Virus record (IMG/VR): IMGVR_UViG_3300045988_011209
Strand: one strand, 5' to 3'
DNA from: a virus
DNA: 40,769 nucleotides
Part shown: positions 34,580 through 40,769 of the stretch, in pieces
Layout of the letters: every line of letters begins with the position of its first letter
How positions within the stretch are numbered: the stretch's first letter is position 1
Notes under the pieces: generated by a model
Seen by the model: only the letters and a program-made list of their open reading frames with translations
Told to the model about the DNA's origin: nothing
Databases searched by the model: none
Program-made: the position numbers and the translations under genes

Positions 34580-36126
34580 ATGAAAAGAAAACGGTCGAAA
34601 AATCTCAAATCAATGGCACTATCATTCCGTTACCCATGCCTACGCAACTCCACTATGAGCTGACCATCAGAAACAAAAGCACTGGTGATTTGTGGCTCAT
34701 AGAACCTGAAGACGGCGTACAAATTACGAGAGCAGTTGACTGTGTTCCAAGTAAAATGACATTTAAAGTACCTAAAGACCCTAACCTCAATTTTGAAGAA
34801 GGTGATACTGTTAAGTTCACTTTAAACGGAGGAGCGGTGTTCTTCGGGTATGTCTTTGAGAAACAGCGTGACGGCAAGAACTCTATATCAGTAACTTGCT
34901 ATGATCAGATACGATATCTCAAGAATAAAGACTGTTATGTTATCGGAGCGATGACTGCGACTGAGTTCATCAAAATGGTGGCCGATGACTTTGGGTTGAA
35001 ATGTGGTTATATGGACGATACCGTGTGGAAAACTCCGGAGAAACCGCAAACCATATTCAAAGATAAGTCATTGCAAGAAATGATATGCCAACTACTCGAT
35101 AAAACGGCTATATACACGCCTAATCATGCGTTCTACCATTTGTACGATGATGCGGGCGAGTTAAGGCTGGCATCGTTTGAGACTATGAAGACAGATATTT
35201 ACATCGATGATGAGTGCATGGAAGATGTGCAGTACACAACTTCCATAGACAAAGAAACATACAACTATGTAAAAATCGTCCGTACAGTCCCAAATGGTGC
35301 ATCAAGTAAATTGGAGAACACATTCATAGCTAAGGACGATAAGAACATCGAGAAATGGGGCAGATTACAGTATCTGCTCATTCCTAAAGAGAAGGACGTC
35401 AATGCAGTAGCACAAGCCAAGGCAATCATGGCTCACAAAAACAAGAAAAGCCGTGAGATTAAGTTGAAAAACGTCATTGGCGATGTGCGTGTGCGTGGTG
35501 GCTCGTTGGTGTATATCAATCGAAACTTTGGCGATATGATTGTTAATAATTACATGATGGTAACATCTGTTACTCATACGTTTAAAACAGGATTTCATGG
35601 AATGGATCTAGATTTACGATACGTTGATAATGATGCGGCTTATGAAGTTGCAAAAGACGAAGATGCGGAAGCAGTTAAGAAGATTGAAGCTGCTAAGAAG
35701 ACCAAAAGCTCCGCAGTCACTACTGGGGCGGGTGGTACAGCAGGTCAAGTCGATACCGCATTCAGCGCCAATGACGGCAGAGTATCTCAATATGGTAGCG
35801 TAGGGTGCGCTGACACAGTATGCGCTACTGGGTCTTGGTACAATTCTGATTTGAAAGCAGAATATGACAAAGGGACGGCATCTGTTCCTACACTTCGCCA
35901 AAACCTAGAAGCGAAAGGCTATGTTACCGAGCAGTTTAACGGCTATGCCAATAAAGGCGATTTATTGATTTACGGCGACGATGATCATGTCGTAATCGCT
36001 GATGGCGCAGGCGGGTGCTTTGGTAACTCCTCTAGCCGTGGATATGCTATGAAGTATGGCAACGCAAATTATGCGTGGCATAATGACGAAGCGCCAACTA
36101 AGATTATTCGAATGGGGGCTAAATAA
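34570..36126 (+). CDS. XkdQ-like baseplate/hub protein with a C-terminal NlpC/P60-like peptidase domain (putative tail-associated lysin)
   Basis: The C-terminal region contains YGSVGCADTVCATGSWY (candidate Cys) and KGDLLIYGDDDHVVIADGAGG, which matches the NlpC/P60 His motif pattern GDL...HV.I..G. Confidence 0.55.
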   Translation: MAIDEKKTVEKSQINGTIIPLPMPTQLHYELTIRNKSTGDLWLIEPEDGVQITRAVDCVPSKMTFKVPKDPNLNFEEGDTVKFTLNGGAVFFGYVFEKQRDGKNSISVTCYDQIRYLKNKDCYVIGAMTATEFIKMVADDFGLKCGYMDDTVWKTPEKPQTIFKDKSLQEMICQLLDKTAIYTPNHAFYHLYDDAGELRLASFETMKTDIYIDDECMEDVQYTTSIDKETYNYVKIVRTVPNGASSKLENTFIAKDDKNIEKWGRLQYLLIPKEKDVNAVAQAKAIMAHKNKKSREIKLKNVIGDVRVRGGSLVYINRNFGDMIVNNYMMVTSVTHTFKTGFHGMDLDLRYVDNDAAYEVAKDEDAEAVKKIEAAKKTKSSAVTTGAGGTAGQVDTAFSANDGRVSQYGSVGCADTVCATGSWYNSDLKAEYDKGTASVPTLRQNLEAKGYVTEQFNGYANKGDLLIYGDDDHVVIADGAGGCFGNSSSRGYAMKYGNANYAWHNDEAPTKIIRMGAK

Positions 36127-36539
36127 TGGATAGCGAGTACATGAAAATCGTTAACACGATTAAAGAAATAGCGAGCACCGTTATATCAAATGGCGAACCC
36201 ATGGAAGTAATCGTCGGCGAAGTTGTAAGTGTGTCACCGCTTGCTATTAAGATAGACCCTAAGTTAACTGTACCCGAAGAGAATATTATTCTTACCAAAA
36301 ACACCTGTGAATGGACTATGGAGATGAGTGTTGATCATGTTACAGAAAACCGAGCAGGTGGCGGCGGTATGGCTGAATACGCAAGCCATAACCATGAGTA
36401 CAAAGGGCGTAAGAAGTATCTCGTTCATAACCAATTAGTGATGGGAGATAAGGTCATTATGCTGAAGGAAACCGGCGGACAGCGTTACATAGCATTAGAT
36501 CGTTGGTATAACCCGAACAGGGGGTGCACGACTAAGTAA
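36126..36539 (+). CDS. XkdR-like small baseplate-associated protein
   Basis: Size and order in the PBSX-like module. Confidence 0.45.
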   Translation: MDSEYMKIVNTIKEIASTVISNGEPMEVIVGEVVSVSPLAIKIDPKLTVPEENIILTKNTCEWTMEMSVDHVTENRAGGGGMAEYASHNHEYKGRKKYLVHNQLVMGDKVIMLKETGGQRYIALDRWYNPNRGCTTK

Positions 36540-36970
36540 TGGCAGATAATTTACTATTACCAAAACAAAATAACGATGCGCTTATTCCTGATACAGTGAA
36601 TTACATTGAACCTTCGCATACGTATGATGTTGATTTTAGAACGGATAGCCAAATTAGGGGCTATGCGGATAAGTTGCGAGCTATGGAGCAAGCAATTTAT
36701 AAAATCATTAATACGGAGCGATACCAATATATTATTTACAGTTGGAATTACGGCATCGAATTACAGGACTTATTCGGTCAGCCAATTCCATATGTGTACG
36801 CTGAGTTACAGCGACGCATAGAAGAGGCTTTACTGAATGACGATAGAATAACTAAAGTATACAACTTTGATTTTAGCCACGAAGGTGGTGACGTCATGGT
36901 TGAGTTTGATGTAGATACCATCTATGGTACGCTACAAAAAATCAAGAAAGGGGTGAAAGGTATTGTATGA
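36539..36970 (+). CDS. gp25-like baseplate wedge protein (XkdS-like)
   Basis: 143 aa immediately upstream of the baseplate J-like gene. Confidence 0.5.
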   Translation: MADNLLLPKQNNDALIPDTVNYIEPSHTYDVDFRTDSQIRGYADKLRAMEQAIYKIINTERYQYIIYSWNYGIELQDLFGQPIPYVYAELQRRIEEALLNDDRITKVYNFDFSHEGGDVMVEFDVDTIYGTLQKIKKGVKGIV

Positions 36971-38042
36971 GCATATGACGGCAAATCGAATTGAAAAACG
37001 AATGCTCGATAGAGTTAAAGATGAATTCGATCGGCGCGAAGGTAGTGTTATATACGATGCTACAGCTCCGGCAAGTGTAGAGTTTGCGGAGCTCTACATC
37101 CTAGCAGATGTTATCTTGAAACAAGCGTTTGCAACTACGGCAGACCGTGAATTCTTGATACTTCGTGCAGCAGAGTTTAATATTTACCCGAAACCGGCCA
37201 CGCAAGGCGAATTTGAAGCTCAGTTCAATATGGATGTACCGATTGGCTCCAGGTTTAATTACAACGAATACAACTTTGTTGTGACAGAGGTAATCGACGA
37301 CACTGAACATAAGTACAAGCTCAAATGCGAACAGTACGGGCGCACTCCTAATGCGACCACAGGTGATATTACGCCAATCCAAGGTATTAATGGCCTTACC
37401 TCTGCGAAGATATTGAAGAATATCACACCAGGTGAAGATGAAGAAGACACAGAAGTGTTTAGAAAACGATACTTTGATGCTTTAAAATCAAAAGCCTACG
37501 GTGGTAATGGTGCGGATTACAAGGAAAAGGTATTAGCTATCCCTGGTGTAGGTGGTGTTAAAGTATACCGCTGTTGGAATGGTGGCGGTACGGTTAAGCT
37601 AGTTGTTTTAAATAGTGACTACATGCCGGCAGCAGATGAACTGATTAAGGAAGTAGAGAACGTGATAGACCCTGCACCGAAAGGCAAAGGCTATGGACTC
37701 GCTCCTATCGGTCACACCGTAACAATCGAAAAAGCTGAACCTGTAACTGTTAACTACCGAATTGAAGTAACTATGATGAGCGGTCACACAATTAACGAAA
37801 TTCAAACTCTTGCAGAAAACGCTATCAAGCAACGATTACTTATTCGTGCTAAAGAATGGTGTAATCAAGACGAGAAGGATCATGTTATTCTTCGGTCTAG
37901 CTTAGTAACGGCTTTAATGGTTGAGCTACCTAATGTTCTTGATGTTGGCAGGATTACTATAAACGGTGCTTCTGTTTCAAAGCTTGAATTGAAGGATAAT
38001 CAAATCCCTGTATTAGGGACGATTACTTTGGTGGCAGTATGA
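36963..38042 (+). CDS. baseplate J-like protein (XkdT-like)
   Basis: 359 aa, at the conserved position in the module. Confidence 0.65.
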   Translation: MYEHMTANRIEKRMLDRVKDEFDRREGSVIYDATAPASVEFAELYILADVILKQAFATTADREFLILRAAEFNIYPKPATQGEFEAQFNMDVPIGSRFNYNEYNFVVTEVIDDTEHKYKLKCEQYGRTPNATTGDITPIQGINGLTSAKILKNITPGEDEEDTEVFRKRYFDALKSKAYGGNGADYKEKVLAIPGVGGVKVYRCWNGGGTVKLVVLNSDYMPAADELIKEVENVIDPAPKGKGYGLAPIGHTVTIEKAEPVTVNYRIEVTMMSGHTINEIQTLAENAIKQRLLIRAKEWCNQDEKDHVILRSSLVTALMVELPNVLDVGRITINGASVSKLELKDNQIPVLGTITLVAV

Positions 38043-38671
38043 TTACAGATTTCGGCATTTTTAAGAGAGATATCGATATCTCACAATTCGCCGTTCCGTT
38101 AACTCGAGATTCTCGGGATATCCAAGAAGTATATCGAGTGGAATCGGCTGAATTACAACTGCTCTGGGATATCATGCTAGATATCTTTAAGGAAGAATAC
38201 ATCTATACCGCAGCAGATTACGGACTTGAAGCCTGGGAACAAATATTAGGCATAAATCCTCCAGATTTGACAGACACAGAAGGGCGCAGAAGTGAAATAC
38301 TATCGGTATTAATCGGACAGCGTCCTTTTACTATGCCTAAAGTACAAGAAATGCTTAACTTTAAGTTTGGTAATCATGTAGTAACGCACTCTGTTAACTC
38401 CGATAGGTATGAGTACTGGTTAGATGTAGTAGATGGCTTTGAGACACAGCTCAACAATATCATTGATTACGTTGAGCCTTTAATTCCTAAGAACTTAATC
38501 ATCAAAACTAAAAGTACTACAAACCTTAACGGCGAAATATACATCGGCGCTATCTCCGATGTATATGAATCCTTTCATGTCGGGGCTGCATTAGATAAGT
38601 TTGACTTCAAAGTAGGCTCTGACATTAACATAGGCATGAGCTTCGACGTATTAGAAACAATTAAAGTATAA
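38039..38671 (+). CDS. XkdU-like tail protein (tail protein I-like)
   Basis: 210 aa, translationally coupled to the J-like gene. Confidence 0.5.
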   Translation: MITDFGIFKRDIDISQFAVPLTRDSRDIQEVYRVESAELQLLWDIMLDIFKEEYIYTAADYGLEAWEQILGINPPDLTDTEGRRSEILSVLIGQRPFTMPKVQEMLNFKFGNHVVTHSVNSDRYEYWLDVVDGFETQLNNIIDYVEPLIPKNLIIKTKSTTNLNGEIYIGAISDVYESFHVGAALDKFDFKVGSDINIGMSFDVLETIKV

Positions 38672-38680
38672 GGAGAACAC

Positions 38681-39586
38681 ATGGCTTCTATTTATCCAAA
38701 TACACGATTAACCAATTATGGCCGTGAGTTAATCGCAAGATCGCAAGCAACTGGTAAGAAGTTGCAGTATATTAAATTAGTTACTGGAGACGGCCAACTC
38801 GATAATCAAAATATCGATACTATGACCTCCGTACTAGCTCCAAAATTGGAGTGCCCGTTTACCTCTAACGGTGAATTCGTAGGTGACGGGCAATTCAGAA
38901 TTGAATTTGCCGTTGGCAATAGCACAGTAAATAGCGGGTTCTTCGCTAGGGAATTGGGTGTATACGCTAATCTCGAGGGTGAGTCCGATTCCGCTGCCAA
39001 ACTAATTGCATATAGTAATGGTGGCAACTATGCATCCTATATTCCGTCCAAGGAGACCCCAATCAATTCTAAAGTGTTCTCTTTAGATGTTGTAATTGGC
39101 AATTCCACAAATGTAACCGTTAAGAAGATTGATGCGGCGTATCTGACTAGAGGTGCATTAGAGGCCCATAGCCGTGACACCAGTGCGCACGCTCCTATCA
39201 CAGACCAAATTAAAGCAATCCTCGGTAGTGCTAACTGGAAAGACTCTCCGGCGAGTACACTTGTTACAATTAAAAACTTACTGGGTCAAGGTGCTATCGT
39301 GGCATCTAAGCTCGATGCTAATGCGGGCTTTGTTAAATTTGCTAATGGTTTCACTATCCAGTGGGGAATTGGTGGCCAAGATAATGTTGTAAAAACAGAA
39401 GTAACGTTCCCTATTAGATTTACAAGATTATTCATGGCTAATGCTATTGACGCATATTGGAGTGGTTCTGATACACCTAGATATTTTGCAAACTCTGTAA
39501 GCGAAAGCAACAATACAAAAGCTGTATTTGTGGCGAGTGATAGATATGCCGCATCCTATTACTGGTTCGCACTAGGAATTATCTAA
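38681..39586 (+). CDS. tail fiber protein: constant N-terminal part (to 39357), in-frame recombination core encoding QWG (39358..39366), and variable C-terminal tip Cv1 (39367..39586)
   Basis: RBS AAGGAGAACAC. The C-terminal 73 aa after QWG are homologous to two inverted cassettes downstream. Confidence 0.7.
   Translation: MASIYPNTRLTNYGRELIARSQATGKKLQYIKLVTGDGQLDNQNIDTMTSVLAPKLECPFTSNGEFVGDGQFRIEFAVGNSTVNSGFFARELGVYANLEGESDSAAKLIAYSNGGNYASYIPSKETPINSKVFSLDVVIGNSTNVTVKKIDAAYLTRGALEAHSRDTSAHAPITDQIKAILGSANWKDSPASTLVTIKNLLGQGAIVASKLDANAGFVKFANGFTIQWGIGGQDNVVKTEVTFPIRFTRLFMANAIDAYWSGSDTPRYFANSVSESNNTKAVFVASDRYAASYYWFALGII
39358..39366 (+). repeat. recombination core site A, CCAGTGGGG, in + orientation inside the tail fiber gene (codons CAG TGG GGA = QWG)
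   Basis: An identical 9-mer occurs twice downstream in inverted orientation, at 39809..39817 and 40060..40068, in the same codon phase. Confidence 0.6.
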
Positions 39587-39817
39587 TTCCCTACCGCGAT
39601 ATATCTGCCCCAAGCACTAGTTTTATTTAATCCATCTCTTGCCGCCTGAGAATATACTTTAACCCCTGTTCTAGTATGCTCTCTAAATGAATGGACCTGG
39701 TTATCAGTATTGTTACCATTCACATCATTACCAACTGCCGCGAAGCAAGTAGTATCAAAGGAAACAGGAAATGAAATCGTACCTCCTATTGGTACGTTAT
39801 TAAACGCTCCCCACTGG
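39583..39817 (-). CDS. silent alternative tail-fiber C-terminal cassette Cv2 (QWG plus 75 aa), inverted and promoterless
   Basis: Minus-strand translation ...YLQWGAFNNVPIGGTISFPVSFDTTCFAAVGNDVNGNNTDNQVHSFREHTRTGVKVYSQAARDGLNKTSAWGRYIAVGN*. It is homologous to Cv1 (TFPIRFT/SFPVSFDT, FMANAID/FAAVGNDV, YYWFALG/RYIAVG). It begins at core site B. Confidence 0.6.
39809..39817 (-). repeat. recombination core site B (CCAGTGGGG on the minus strand), heading cassette Cv2
   Basis: + strand reads CCCCACTGG. Minus-strand codons are CAG TGG GGA. Confidence 0.6.
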
Positions 39818-39827
39818 AGATAGGTAA

Positions 39828-40068
39828 TTAGCTGAGTCCAACGCACAGCCAGGTAAAGTTACCGGCATTCCCTCGGTTAGTTAAAAAACGTATAGAAGTT
39901 CTATTATTATTTGAGAAGCCACTGTTCCAAGAAACATAGAACTCCTCGCCTCTTGTAGATATGCTCGCTGAGTCGTCGGTACATATTGCGACTAAAACAT
40001 TACACCTGATAGGCAATGTTACATCACAATATGTATTTTGATTTAAGAACCAAGTTAGCCCCCACTGG
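39828..40068 (-). CDS. silent alternative tail-fiber C-terminal cassette Cv3 (QWG plus 77 aa), inverted and promoterless
   Basis: Minus-strand translation from site C: QWGLTWFLNQNTYCDVTLPIRCNVLVAICTDDSASISTRGEEFYVSWNSGFSNNNRTSIRFLTNRGNAGNFTWLCVGLS*. It is open in frame from the core site with no ATG start of its own; the track ORF starts at a TTG. It is homologous to Cv1. Confidence 0.55.
40060..40068 (-). repeat. recombination core site C (CCAGTGGGG on the minus strand; part of an 11-bp palindrome CCCCA-C-TGGGG), 4 nt from the recombinase stop codon
   Basis: + strand reads CCCCACTGG, identical to site B. Minus-strand codons CAG TGG GGG are in phase with Cv3. Confidence 0.6.
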
Positions 40069-40072
40069 GGAG

Positions 40073-40769
40073 TTACTTTAATAATTCTATCGTTTTACGT
40101 AATTCACGAATGGTTTTGTGCGTATACACCCTGGTAGTGATATCGCCTTGTTTATGGCCTAGTAAGGAACGTAATGCGTTAGGTGGCGCAACCGCATCAA
40201 GTAAACTGGCGAATGTGTGCCTGGTATCGTGGATAGTATGCTTACAGTTAAGCTGCTTCATAATATCCTGGAAATGCTTACGGAATGATGTGTAACTGAT
40301 AGTGAATAGGTATTCGCTAGTATGTAGTTGCTCTATTATAGGCATGATGCGGTGATGAATGGGAATAATACGACCTTCACTGGCTTTTGTTTTAGCGTGC
40401 CTCACAATAAGGTAGGATGATCGTCTATTGATATCTTGCCCGCGCAAATTAAGTACCTCACCTATGCGGAGCCCAGTGTAAAGCAGTATTAAAATCATGC
40501 GAGAGTAAGGAGTATCTATTACCCATAACTTGTTGATTTGTTGGCGAGTGAATACTCTCCTTTTTATCGTTGGTATGTTGGGTCCTAGATTTAGATGCTG
40601 GGCGTAATTAGTAATAGGATAATCCTTGATGATTGCGTAATTAAATAATTGATTAAGTAACGTGCGGACTTTCTTACAAGATGAGTAGGTAAGTCCTTTT
40701 ACGTGCATGGAATTAATCACATTCTGAAGGTGCTGAAAATGAATATCCGTGATAGGCATATCCGCTATG
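40073..40769 (-). CDS. small tyrosine recombinase (C-terminal part within the window; the gene continues at 228..1 across the circular junction); putative Rci-like shufflon invertase
   Basis: Catalytic signature R in TGLRIGE, HDTRHTFASLL, LGHKQ, and TTRVYTH (Tyr). There is no N-terminal arm-binding domain. Bases 40691..40769 duplicate 1..79. Confidence 0.85.
   Translation of the reverse strand, partial: IADMPITDIHFQHLQNVINSMHVKGLTYSSCKKVRTLLNQLFNYAIIKDYPITNYAQHLNLGPNIPTIKRRVFTRQQINKLWVIDTPYSRMILILLYTGLRIGEVLNLRGQDINRRSSYLIVRHAKTKASEGRIIPIHHRIMPIIEQLHTSEYLFTISYTSFRKHFQDIMKQLNCKHTIHDTRHTFASLLDAVAPPNALRSLLGHKQGDITTRVYTHKTIRELRKTIELLK
40691..40769. repeat. 79-bp exact duplicate of window positions 1..79 (assembly overlap of a circular or circularly permuted genome)
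   Basis: The base-by-base identity was checked. The duplication lies inside a single ORF split across the window ends. Confidence 0.85.

Noticed and set aside
39340-40075. Tail-fiber variation by a diversity-generating retroelement or by a Gin/Cin serine invertase
   Set aside because: No reverse transcriptase ORF or template/variable repeat pair is present, and there is no serine recombinase with a resolvase-type N-terminus. The only adjacent enzyme is a tyrosine recombinase, and the repeats are short in-frame cores rather than mutagenic template repeats.
40691-40769. 79-bp terminal direct repeat considered as attL/attR of an integrated prophage
   Set aside because: The repeat lies inside one continuous recombinase ORF split across the window ends. 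That is only coherent as an assembly overlap of a circular molecule. The true att region is at 4087..4332, next to the 357-aa integrase.

Overview
This window is a closed, circularly permuted temperate phage genome of about 40.7 kb. Bases 40691..40769 repeat bases 1..79 exactly, and a small tyrosine recombinase gene is split across the window ends, which only makes sense on a circle.

Gene order around the circle, all called by motif recognition and synteny without database searches:
- Lysis cassette (2.4-4.0 kb): holin-like membrane proteins, an Amidase_3 endolysin, and a spanin-like locus written in two fully overlapping frames.
- attP and integrase (4.0-5.4 kb): a 3' tRNA fragment flanked by TTGACATCA arm-type repeats, next to a 357-aa tyrosine integrase.
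- Lysogeny switch (5.5-7.8 kb): an ImmA-like metallopeptidase, an XRE-family CI-like repressor, divergent Cro-like HTH genes, an operator palindrome family TTACGR-N5-YCGTAA sitting in both promoter spacers, and an excisionase-like HTH.
- Replication module (8-20 kb): a DUF2800-like nuclease, a DUF2815/SSB-like protein, a family-A DNA polymerase, a large zinc-ribbon protein, a VirE/D5-type primase-helicase, a VRR-NUC nuclease and an SNF2 helicase. It is interrupted by a YadA-like trimeric autotransporter adhesin gene that looks like a moron.
- Packaging and head genes (21.6-27.5 kb): terminase small and large subunits, portal, Mu-F-like head morphogenesis protein, scaffold and major capsid.
- PBSX-like contractile tail module (27.5-39.6 kb): connectors, sheath, tube, a chaperone with a programmed -1 frameshift, tape measure, a LysM protein, an XkdQ-like protein with an NlpC/P60-like C-terminal domain, baseplate proteins and a tail fiber.

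The most interesting feature is at 39.3-40.1 kb. The tail fiber gene carries an in-frame 9-bp core, CCAGTGGGG, that encodes a conserved Gln-Trp-Gly. Two promoterless, inverted, homologous alternative C-terminal cassettes follow, each headed by the same core in the same codon phase. They sit directly beside a compact 281-aa tyrosine recombinase. This is a shufflon-like system driven by a tyrosine recombinase (not by a Gin/Cin-type serine invertase) that would switch the receptor-binding tip of the tail fiber.

Other notable features are a candidate replication origin between the primase and VRR-NUC genes, built from GTGTGTCCAATTATT iterons in both orientations, an AT-rich tract and a C9 homopolymer. 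Late-operon control elements (four helically phased 10-bp repeats, terminators and large palindromes) lie upstream of the terminase genes. The YadA anchor domain and the spanin-like locus suggest a diderm host, possibly a member of the Negativicutes.
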